A stretch of 64,000 nucleotides of DNA, taken from positions 124,001-188,000 of the forward strand of contig NW_026854272.1 in the NCBI RefSeq assembly GCF_026571515.1, written 5' to 3'. Shown piece after piece: positions 28,499-39,430 of this stretch. The stretch is from Ruditapes philippinarum (Eukaryota). Each line of letters begins with the position of its first letter. Within the stretch, counting starts at the first letter, position 1. The notes below the pieces were generated by a model. The model saw only the letters and a program-made list of their open reading frames with translations. It was not told the DNA's origin and searched no databases. A program made the translations under genes and the position numbers.

Positions 28499-28926
28499 TC
28501 ACAAAAGATCCTCTATGGAATGCAATGTGTAACTCCCTGACGTCGTAGTTGAGCAATCATCATCCTCTTGCGAATGTTTACGATAGTGGGCGTCACGCGC
28601 CAAGAAATATGCTAAGTCATTCTGAGCAATTACACTATTTGATTTGATTGGATGATTAGAATGAGGCTGAGTATGTTGCCATGACAACATATTTGGGTCA
28701 AGGACAGAAAGGTCATTGTTTAAATGAAGGGGCGCACTTTGATATTGTCTGTTATTTTGTAGATAGCTTTGGTTATTGTTAAATGATCCATATGGTTTGT
28801 ATGTCCGACATGGAATTGGAGGAGGTACAGCACTGTAGTTATCTGCCCTTGATGGCACTAGTTTACTAGGAGCAGACGGCATTGATATTTTCACAGGTAC
28901 AGCATAATCAAATATTTTCTGGTCAT
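28499..28926 (-). CDS. Protocadherin terminal cytoplasmic exon 3 (DDQKIFDYAVPVKISMPS...EDDDCSTTTSGSYTLHSIEDLL*)
   Basis: Acceptor ttaattttcag|AT at 28926 completes the phase-1 codon G|AT and is in frame with ORF 28499..28894; TGA at 28501-28499. The acidic DDDxSTTTSGSY motif resembles invertebrate protocadherin tails. Repaired protein is about 1120 aa. Confidence 0.88.
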
Positions 28927-29932
28927 CTGAAAATTAAAATATGTATCATTATAGTATATTGTGATGTCAATACTCAACGACAGAAAACACCACTTCCTGT
29001 ATGGGATTTAATTTCCCGCTTACAAATAAAGAAAACATCTTGTGACTCAGCCAAAGAGACATTCAGTTCAATATTATTAAAAGTCTTAAAATAAAAAATA
29101 ATGTACACAGAAATTCAAATATTCATTGTTATATATACAATATAAAGGAATTACAGTTTCTGGTTTTAATTTGAAATAAAGCACCACTTATTGTTACTCT
29201 TAGTGCCGCTAAGTCAACCATGTCAGGCCTACATGTTTTGCTGGCTGCCATATTTTATGGTTTAGCAAAAAAAAAATTGTGACATTAATTTTTCAGCCTC
29301 AGCACCCTGATAAAGTAGCATTTTGCATGATGTAAATTGAGACAATTATATAAAGTGTAATGAAGCATTTTAATGACTGTCTGCAAACCTTCCTTATTTC
29401 TTTGTTTTCTTCCCCAAAATAATTAATTACCAGACACATTCCTTAGGTTCCATAAAAAAATAAAATTGTCCTGATTGATTCATGCCTCTCACGGAATTTG
29501 ATTTAACATGTTTCAGTAAATTACCCAAGAAAATAAACATTTAAATGATTAACAGTTACAGTACATGTATAAAGATTTGAAAGAAAGCAAAGAAATAGAC
29601 TTTGTCATTTTCAGAAGAAAAAGATTTATCTAAATTCAATTCATGATAACATTCACTTTTTTTCCTGTAACAATTTACATTTCAGAAATAATGTAATACA
29701 AAAATTGCATTTCTGCATTCCTTATTCTTAATTAATACAGTGTAACTCATGCAGGGTGGCCCTTTGGAGATAAATTAGTCTTTTACAACAACAACAACAC
29801 TTTTTCAGGAAACAAAATGAACCTTCCAAAGGGTATCTCTCGGCAGAGGTTGTACTGAATATACATATAATAATCTTAAATTAATATGTGTTTATGTAGT
29901 AGCTACGATATTTTTATCGTGTTGACACTTAC

Positions 29933-30161
29933 CATGTGACGGTGATGCACTTGTGACTTCCTCCTCACTTGCTCCTCGGCCACTATCCCCGCTACTAGTT
30001 TCTCCCGATGTTTCGCTCCGACTATCGTCAGGATTTGCATGCACAGCTTGTTGTTGTTGTTTAGCAATCTGGAGCATTCGTTGGATTTTAAGATTCTCTA
30101 GTCGGGTCGACACTTTATCATAAAGATCCTGGGTGCTGTCACTTTTCTCAAGTCGAGGGGG
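29933..30161 (-). CDS. Protocadherin cytoplasmic exon 2 (PPRLEKSDST...SGDSGRGASEEE...SPSH)
   Basis: Acceptor tttttacag|CCC and donor CATG|gtaagt. 229 nt, phase 0 to phase 1, in frame with the previous exon. Contains DSGRG, which resembles the CM1 motif of delta-protocadherins. Confidence 0.9.
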
Positions 30162-30772
30162 CTGTAAAAAAATAAATTTCAGTCTTATAAAAACACTTGA
30201 CTTAAACAAACATCTTCAATTTTATAGCACAATATTTAACAAAATGAACTTGCCCACCTTCCAGTTTTGGAACTGTCCATAATCAATTATGGGAATCTCC
30301 AGGTGAAAATATGAAGTTGGTCAGTCAACAGTTTAGAGCCTGGTCAGACTGAATGTGAAGTGCAGTCTGGACTGGCTCCACATATACTGGTGGCAAAGGT
30401 TGTACCAGCAGGGTAAATTTTAAAGTGGCATATAAATTAAAATTTTATTGCTATATAATAAATCATTTGGCTATCATAGATAGTGTGTATTGTTTATGGA
30501 ACACTTTTGTCAAAAACAAACAGAACAGTCAGTTATCAGGCTTAATAAACACTTAAATTAGTTTAGATAAAGAGGGAACAGATTTTGTGCTGAAACAAGT
30601 AATTTAATTTAGATTTATTTGTATTTTTTAGCTTTATGTTTCAGGGAATTTGGGTCATTGACAAGTTTCTTAGCTTTTCCATTAAAAAAACTACAGTTAT
30701 TTCACTTTGATTATTTATGCTTAAGAGCAAATTTTTTTATTTTATTATTTATATGAAATCTTATAAAATTAC

Positions 30773-33474
30773 CTTTTCTGGTGAATACTGTATAGGATTT
30801 GGGGCTTTGCTAACTTGCATATCTAGATGTTGGTAGTTACTCATGGAATCGTGGTCATCAAGTGAGAAGCTTACTTCTTTCTTCTTCTTGCCAATGTCCG
30901 AACCTGGCATAATAAAGTCTGTGCTAGATTCTCCTGTGTTATTCATAATGTACACCGTTTGTTTATTAGCGTACATATTATCATTTCTAATATTTGCACT
31001 TTCAGACAGTTTTTTCTTACGATCCATTGTTCGAAGAAGAAAGATAACTCCGATGATGACAGCCGAAAGTAAAATCGTCACTATAACCACAACAACAACA
31101 ATAACGACAAATTTACTACTTTCACTTGTAATTCCTTCATAGGTGGCGTTAGTGTAGATAACATTGACTATAAGTTCAGCTGTAGAGGAAAGACTTACGG
31201 CCCCCCTGTCACGTACTTCAATCAACAGTGCTATCGATATGTCCTTTTCAATAACTACTGTGTTATCTGCAACAGTGATTATTCCCGATTTTTCATCAAT
31301 TTTAAACAGTCCTAATTCATTCCCCTTAGTTATACTGAATCTCAGCGTACCATTTTCACCAGCATCAATATCATGGGCTTGAATATGTGTTACGATTTCA
31401 ACGTCTTCTGTAGGGTAGTAGAGGGTCGCAGTTTTATTTTTGTTACTTTTTGTAGGGAATGTTATGTTTGGTCTGTTATCATTAACATCGTTAACAATTA
31501 TTGTTACCGGAACAGTACTTGCCAAGGCAGGACTACCTTGATCAGTTACGGTAACATTAAAAACATATCTACTTTGAACTTCACGATCAAGTGCCCGATT
31601 TGACTGAATAACGCCATCAGTAAAAATATGGAAAGGAATTTTTCTGTCAATGAAAGTGGACGAAAGCGAAAAAGTAAACATTCCATTGGCACCAATATCT
31701 GCATCCGTGGCTGCAACTTCATTTACTGATGTACCAGAATTCAAATTTTCCAGTATTTCAAAAGTGTAACTTGACTGGGTGAATTTTGGGGCATTGTCAT
31801 TCATATCTTCAATGGTCAAAGTCACTGTCGCTGTGCCAGTCAGCGGCTTTTCTCCAGAGTCTATAGCTAACACTTCAAATGTTACAACTGGTGTAACTTC
31901 ACGATTAAAGAATGGCTTGGCTGTTATAACTCCTGTTACAGAATCAATCATTATTTTATCCTGGTTTCTAACCTCGTAGTGAATTCTTTTGTTAATACCT
32001 ATATCTTTATCAGTTGCAGTAACTTGAAGAATAACTTTGTTGGTCATTGTATTTTCTGGAATCTTAGCTTTATAATTTCTATATTGAAATTCAGGATGCT
32101 TGTCATTAAAGTCTGTTACTCGTACAAGGAAACTTACGGATGAATTAAGAGGTGGATTTCCTCGATCAGAACAAACAGCGGTTACATTATGTAGGTCAGT
32201 CACTTCACGATCTAAGGTATTTGATACAACTACTTTATAGGCTTCTTCCTCGAGCTTCACAACATCAAAGAAACTATTCGAAACTGAGCAGTTAACTTGT
32301 CCATTAGCCCCCGTATCTGAATCTTCAACAGTAATGTGGGCAACAAAATATCCAATTTTTGAATTTTCCGAAACATTAACAAATCTAATATTCCCAGGTG
32401 AGAGTAGACTGAGGGTGATTTTTGGAGGATTATTTCCGGTATCGGTGACATAGATATACACATAGACCTGAGAAATCTGTCTCCACCATCCAATGCTTCA
32501 ACAATAAAGCTGTAATGGAAGTCCGATTGAAAAACCAGCTTATCGATGGCCACTTTTATTTCACCAGATGTCTCATTTATTGTTAGGTCTTTAAGAACCT
32601 GCGCAGATGACCTTTCATTCATTTGATATGTAACAACACCATTTTCACCTATATCTTTATCTTCAGCATGGACTGTTAGAACAGTTGACCCTCTTGGTGT
32701 CCCCTCTTCCACAGAAACATTATATACTGCATGATCAAAAATAGGTTTATTATCATTTATATCAGTAACAACAATGTCTACAATCAGAACTCCGGACTTT
32801 GGCGGGTTCCCTCCATCTTTAGCCACAATTCTGACCTGATAAGATGGCGTAACCTCTCTATCCAGTAGTGTCTTCACAACAAGTTCCACCTTGAATGTTC
32901 CATCAAGAACTTTTTCACTTACTAATCTAAATGTGTCACTTGGTGTTTCTAGGTCATAGCTTTGGATACCATTGGTTCCACCAGTGTCTGGGTCATCGGC
33001 ACTTGGGAGAGGGATCCTACTATCTACAGGAGCTCCTTCCGACACTTTGATTTCAATACGATTATCCGTGAACATTGGTGCATTGTCATTTATATCCTCA
33101 ATAACGACTTTCACATTGATTGTTTGATAGAACTGTCCATCCGTTTTAGCAGCCACCTTAAAATCCAATTCACATTTTGAGTCACTATACGTCTGACAAA
33201 TGGATTCCCTGTCCATTTTCACCATTGTGAACAGTTCACCAGTTTCACCATTCAAGGTAAAGTACTGAGCATACGTATTCATTAAAAAACTAAATCGTAA
33301 AGAATCTCTTTCGGCTTCCGGAACATTCAAGGTAACATTAGCAAGACTTCCTATTCTAATGCCTGTATCTTGTTCGTCTATAACTTTAAAGGTCACAGAA
33401 GGAGGAGCCTCTTGAGTGAAGGTCAAGGATACCAATGCCAAGGTTGTTAAGATGAGAGTGATCGAAGTCGCCAT
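30773..33474 (-). CDS. Protocadherin (7 EC repeats, delta1/PCDH1-7-9-11-like), large first coding exon: signal peptide, EC1-EC7, TM, juxtamembrane tail; interrupted by a frameshift at ~32477
   Basis: ORFs 32257..33474 and 30761..32461 join into one cadherin chain. ATG in strong Kozak context (ATCACCATGG) and hydrophobic leader MATSITLILTTLALVSLTFT. Ca-binding linkers DINDNAP, DINDNKP, DTGNNPP, DFNDKHP, DMNDNAP, DVNDNRP; DRE/LDRE and AxDxG motifs; Cys pair in EC1 (DRESICQTYSDSKC). TM FVVIVVVVVIVTILLSAVIIGVIFLL at ~31034-31111. Donor AAG|gtaatt after 30773 (phase 0). A single-exon ectodomain is typical of protocadherins. Confidence 0.95.
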
Positions 33475-33518
33475 GGTGATGAACTGTTAACCTTTATTCA
33501 ATCTGTCATAATTTGGTC
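33475..33518 (-). other. 5' UTR part of the first coding exon (spliced leader, so upstream non-coding exon(s) are implied); contains 3-codon uORF MTD* at 33509-33498
   Basis: Acceptor ttataatttcag|GACC at 33518; ATG ACA GAT TGA lies upstream of the main ATG. Confidence 0.6.
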
Positions 33519-33571
33519 CTGAAATTATAAATGAGATTAAATTTAAAATTCATTATTCAGTTAAGATTCAC

Positions 33572-33870
33572 TTTTGGAAATATTCATAGACAAATCATTA
33601 AATTGGAAATATTCATAGAAAATTCATTAATTTGAAAATATCTATATTAAGCCATCATTAAATTTGGAATATTCATAGAATATTCATTAATTTGGAAATT
33701 TTTATAAAATTATCATTGAACTTTGAATAATCATAGAATAAATTATTATCCTTAATTTGGAAATATTTATAAAATTATTTTTAAATTGGGAATATTTGTA
33801 GAATATTCATTAATTTGGAAATATTTATAAAATTATCATTAAATTGGGAATATACATGGAATAATCATAA
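33572..33870. repeat. AT-rich minisatellite (~28-30-bp unit, ~10 copies) in the intron next to the protocadherin acceptor
   Basis: Repeated ttggaaatattcatagaaaattcattaa variants. Confidence 0.85.
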
Positions 33871-35084
33871 AAACATTCTTAAATGTAATGATAATGAAAT
33901 AAAACATTTTACGGTTATATAACTATTGTACAATTTGTAATTCTGATACAGGGGCTTAATCACAGGGCATGAAGTCCATTCACAATCATTTTATTGACAA
34001 TTATATGGGATAAAAAATGTGATCATAAATAAAAAAATGTTTTTCATTACAAAAAAAAGGAAACATTATTTAAAAGCTTTAAAGCAAATGTTTGAATCTG
34101 GCTTAACTTTCGTTATCCCATCTTGAACCCTTGAAATCTTATCATGTGTTCAAACATTATTGAATTGTTAAAATCACAAAATATCAGCGAGGGCTTCCCG
34201 TGCGGGGCATTGATCAGGAACAGTGAAAGTAGTGTAAGTTTTATGTACATAATAACCGGGAATAAAGAGCACGATGACAGCAAAAGATGTTTGCCAAGCC
34301 TTTAACTTTCAAACCTCCGACAATTTCGATACAAACTTTATTAAAGTTGAAGAGCAAGGCAAATAAACGGCTAATAATACGTGGAGATTATTATTCCACT
34401 TTCTTAGAGCTGATTTATCATCGACAACTCAAATATTTCTAATTAGTGACAGCCTTTTACACCTATAGTAGATTTGAAGTTAAATCTTTAACAATTTAAA
34501 CGATAATCCAATCAGGACAATTTGTTGACATAAATTGTAGCACTAAATCCTAAAATCCATGCCCCCAGTGATGGCAGATTTTCATTTCATTTTGCACAAT
34601 AAAACATTTTCCTACCTTAAAAATTTACATTTTCCTATTCTAAACTATTTTCAGGCCTTTTCAGACCTATCAATAATTAAACAAAACATAAAAGGAATAA
34701 AATAGTAAACTTCCAAAGAACTTCATTTTCAATACATATTTTATATGTAAATTATGATTAATGAAATGATACAGTGCAACATTCTAAAATCCAAAGAGAG
34801 AAAAAAGAGAAAAGAAAATGTACCTTTTGCCAATTTATACACATAAACATACAATGCACACACAATTTTATTTCCAGTTATAAATTCAGTGTTCACACTT
34901 CAGGACACAGTAGAATTATGGTTTATTAAATTTTATCTCAAGTTGACAAATAACGTCAAGTACTTTTTATGGGCCCTAAATTATTGCTGTAAAAACAAAG
35001 GGCCCCGTTATAAAGATAAGATGCCTCAAATGGCTTCACATTTAGAATTCCTGCCTTGTTTTTATGCTATCATAAAGTTGTCAC

Positions 35085-35262
35085 ACTAATTAAAGCGGTC
35101 ATTTGTCCAGGTGTGAAATTAGTAAAGGATCACCCACTGCATGTCCACTATTATTAAAGACAGGGGGCAGGGGGATTAAGGGATTATCGGGTATTGTCAA
35201 AGTTTTGACAGGCAGGTGATTTATGACAAGATTATCAAATTGTCATACCGGTAATTAAAATA
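35085..35262. promoter_or_regulatory. Candidate intronic enhancer with clustered homeodomain/TALE/E-box motifs
   Basis: TGACAG (35206-11), CAGGTG (35213-18), TGATTTATGAC (35217-27), two GGATTA (35173, 35181) and two TAATTA in a GC-richer non-repeat island. Motif-level evidence only. Confidence 0.35.
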
Positions 35263-36233
35263 GCATCCCTAGGAGAAAAAAATTCCAAAAATCACAATCA
35301 ATGAAACCATAACACATTCCATCCATTCTGATATGTGATAATTATTATCAAAGTCTTAAATGATTCATATAATATATACTCATTGCTTGATAAATTGAAA
35401 AAAAAAAATCCAAGAACAATCTCTAAAACTGAGATAGAATATTTTCGAATTTTTTCATTTTATTTCAAGATAAAATTATATTCAAATATTTTTAGTTTTT
35501 TTTAATCACTTTTTTGTTTTGTTTTGTTTTTTGATTCAACAAGAATATTGAATTATCTAACCCTGGACTGGACAACCTTAAATATTAAGAAAAATAATTT
35601 TCTAGATTTCAATAATTACAAAAAATTTCTATTTTAACCCTTAGCTTGCAGACAACAACTAAGTCTACCCATGTGATCAGTACAGACCAAGGTCTGTGCC
35701 ATCTGATCATGGTCTGCACTGTTTGCTATTCGGCCAGTGCTTAATTTGAAAGTTCCCTTTAAATAATGAATGGTTTTGTCCAAATGTAGGACAAAACCCC
35801 ACATTTTAAAACCAGGTTTTGTCCGGTTTGTCCAGAATGAATGATAGAGAAGTTAGCAGCAAGGGTGAACTGGTGTAAAGAAGAAAAAAAAATCAAACAA
35901 CACACAAATATGATATTTTCTAACTAATTAAAACCACCAGACAAGCTGTTTCACTTATAATTATTATTTTTTTATCAGGACTGATATTCCAATCTCTCAA
36001 AGATTAATGAGTTTTTGTTGTCACAGGTATGATTGTCTGTGAGTGCACAGTTCAAGAGAGACAGTTTTAACTAGGTTGCTGATGATAATATTGATTTCAG
36101 CAAGGACTGCTACCTGTGTATTATGCAAGACAAGATAACAGAACCATATCCAAGCACTAGACTCTAAAACTACAATCAATAAAAGCAAGAATTTATAAAT
36201 ATCTCTTGTGTCACATACACAAATGCCTTGTAA

Positions 36234-36428
36234 AAATTATGAAAACTTTACATTATTTTATGAAAAATATGAAAATTTTACATTATTTTAAAAAAACTTT
36301 ACATTATTTTAAGAAAATGTTACATTATTTTATGAAAACTTCACATTATTTTATGAAAACTTTACATTATTTTATGTAAACTTTACATTATTTTATGTAA
36401 ACTTTACAATATTTTATGAAAACTTTAG
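36234..36428. repeat. Minisatellite, ~23-bp unit, ~8 copies
   Basis: Repeated aaaactttacattattttatg. Confidence 0.9.
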
Positions 36429-37713
36429 TATTTTAAATGATGTATTAATGATGTATTATAATGTCTCAAAAAGCAACAAAGACGAAAAGTTATTCCAAAA
36501 TTATACAATAAGTTTAAAAGTTATATCTGTTTCAATACCTGTACAAAAATACAAATTTACAAATTTGAAAAGCGATAAAGTTGATAAATACTTGTTAAAA
36601 AAAGCACAATAGCAATACTCACTCTATGATTTATAAAGACAATAACAGAAAAAATAATCCATTTTATATTTGTTTCAAGCACAGGGGCAATATTCTATGT
36701 ACAAAATTATCCATATTGCAGAACAAATATCATTTTCTACTTTAAACTTAGTCATCAATGATTTTTTTATTCAAATTCACTCAAAACAAATCCTGTATAA
36801 GTTTTTATTAAGTTATGCTTGTGTCTATGTTACGTTATATTAAAGATGCTTTTAATACCGAAACAAATTTTTCAGATCTTTTTTCATCGTTGCTCATTGT
36901 CTTGATGACACTGGATCTGTTAAATGGTTAAACGATTAAACAATAACACAATTATGTCTTTTGTGACTTTAATACTATACTAGTCTTATCTTAATCCACA
37001 ATCCATCAGATAACGTCTTATAAGATTACACAAATGACTTATCCTAAAAAGGCTTCATACGATACTATCTAACGTGGTGAAAATACGAAAAGATTTAAAG
37101 TCCACGATAAGACAACGTATGCATTGTATCATGAATTTATCATAATTAATTAGTCATACATTAGGCAGGTGTTAATGAGATAGTGGACGGCAGTTTGCGA
37201 GCATAATGTCACTCCAAGGCTGACCGTAAAACTGTTATGTTTGTATTTTGATGAATTTTAAATATCAAAAGGGAGCACTTGGAAAACGTCAACTGTTCAC
37301 TAACAAAAAAAAACAAATTCGTACTTTTCACTGATCTTCTAACTTTAAAATTTTCTTTAATTTACTTTACACTATTTTTGAAATGTCTAAAATTTTCTTT
37401 CCACTATTAATTTTTAAAATGTATAAAATTTCTTTTACACTATAAATTATGAAATATAAAAAATTTACTTCACACTATTTTGAAAATTAAAAAAAGAATC
37501 AACGATTTAAAAAAGTATATGATATTAATGCAATTGTTAATATAGGCAATATGAAATAATTTTGTGGCTTTAATAGATTGCCCTGTAACAGATCTGAAGT
37601 ATTTTTACCATGCTTTCATGAATATTCTGTCAAAGAAAAAAAACAAACAATATCAAATGATCCACTTGAGATACACATTCTAGTAAACTGTTGCGTTTAC
37701 AAAAGCAAAAAAA

Positions 37714-39430
37714 ACAAGAGGGCCATGATGGCCCTGAGGTCGCTCACCTGTATATAGGCCCCCCAACCCCCCCCCCCCCCAACGTTGCAGAGCCAATTTA
37801 ACCCAAGGGCTTTTATTTGCACAAACTTGGTAGACACCCATAAGAAGATGTTTCATGCTAAACATTTAAGCTCTAGCTCATTGGGCTTTTTAAAAGAAGA
37901 TTTTTTTAAAGTTTTTACTATACACATATAGTTAAAAACAATGACACCCCTGGGGCCGGGCAAGTTTTGACCCCAGGGCTTTTATTTTATTTCAACTCTA
38001 GCTATTTGGGTTTTTTCAAAGAAGATTTAAAGTTTTTGCTAAACACATATAAAAAAAATCAATGACCCCGGGGCGGGGCCAATTTTGACCCCTGGGCTTG
38101 TATTTGAACAAACTTGGTAGACACCTATAAGAACATGTTTGATGCTCAATATCTTGGCCAAAGCTCTTTGAGTTTTTTAAAAGAAGATTTTTTAAGTTTT
38201 TACTATATGCATATAGGGAAAATCAATGACCCCCCGGGGCGGGGCCAATTTTCACCCCAGGGCTTTTATTTGAACAAACTTGGTAGACACCCATTAGAAC
38301 ATGTTTCATGCTAAATATCTTAGCTCTAGCTCTTTGGGTTCTTTAAAAGAAGATTTTTAAGTTTTTACTATATGCATATAGGGAAAATCAATGACCCCCA
38401 GGGGCGGGGCCAATTTTGACCCCAGGGCTTTTATTTGAACAAACTTGGTAGACACACACTAGAAGATGTTTCATGCCAAATATCTAAGCTCTAGCTCTTT
38501 GAGTTCTTTAAAAGAAGATTTTTTAAGTTTTTACTATATGCATATAGGGAAAATCAATGACCCCCGGGGCGGGGCCAATTTTCACCCCAAGGCTTTTATT
38601 TGAACAAACTTGGTAGACACCCATTAGAACATGTTTCATGCTAAATATCTTAGCTCTAGCTCTTTGGGTTCTTTAAAAGAAGATTTTTTAAGTTTTTACT
38701 ATATGCATAAAGGGAAAATCAATGACCCCCCGGGGCGGGGCCAATTTTGACCCCAGGGCTTTTATTTGAACAAACTTGGTAGACACTCACTAGAAGATGT
38801 TTCATGCCAAATATCTTAGCTCTAGCTCTTTGAGTTCTTTAAAAGAAGATTTTTTAAGTTTTTACTATATGCATATAGGGAAAATCAATGACCCCCGGGG
38901 CGGGGCCAATTTTCACCCCAAGGCTTTTATTTGAACAAACTTGGTAGACACCCATTAGAACATGTTTCATGCTAAATATCTTAGCTCTAGCTCTTTGGGT
39001 TCTTTAAAAGAAGATTTTTTAAGTTTTTACTATATGCATATAGGGAAAATCAATGACCCCCCGGGGCGGGGCCAATTTTGACCCCAGGGCTTTTATTTGG
39101 ACAAACTTGGTAGACACTCACTAGAAGATGTTTCATGCCAAATATCTAAGCTCTAGCTCTTATGGTTTTTTAAAAGAAGATATTTAAAGTTTTTTCTTTC
39201 GGTTGCCATGGCAACCAGAGTTTTGCATGGAATTAAATTCTTTGAACAATTTTTAAAGGTGACCACCAAAGGAACATTCCTGTGAAGTTTGGATGAAATT
39301 GGCTCAGTGGTTTATGAGGAGATGTCATTTAAAGTAAAAGTTTACGGACGGACGGACGGACGACGGACGGACGCCGGACGAAAAGCGATCACAAAAGCTC
39401 ACCCTGTCACTTTGTGACAGGTGAGCTAAA
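37714..39430 (-). mobile_element. Helentron-associated non-autonomous element (HINE/pearl-like) carrying a 165/166-bp tandem array
   Basis: In minus orientation: sub-TIR AGCTCACCTG with its inverted partner, (CGTC)n microsatellite (~39345-39380), central tandem repeats, CAGGTGAGCG sub-TIR, terminal palindrome AGGGCCATCATGGCCCT; inserted in an A/T run. Confidence 0.9.
38221..39195. repeat. Six near-identical 165/166-bp monomers arranged (AB)3, preceded by ~3 diverged monomers from ~37780
   Basis: aatcaatgacccc recurs at 38221, 38386, 38552, 38717, 38883 and 39048. Confidence 0.95.

Noticed and set aside
30761-32461. Separate 566-aa gene
   Set aside because: Begins at GTG in the middle of EC3 with no signal peptide; it is the continuation of the upstream ORF.
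32468-32486. Tiny GT..AG intron (gtggagacagatttctcag) rescuing the frameshift
   Set aside because: Only 19 nt, and removing it gives GAT GGT CTA TGT, which does not restore the cadherin frame.
32461-32500. Programmed ribosomal frameshift
   Set aside because: No slippery heptamer or obvious stimulatory structure, and conserved residues (PxL) are physically missing, which points to a deletion.
30843-33180. Plus-strand ORFs overlapping the protocadherin
   Set aside because: Antisense shadows of the coding exon with no recognisable protein features.
37780-39195. CRISPR-like array
   Set aside because: Contiguous tandem monomers without unique spacers, no cas genes, eukaryotic context.
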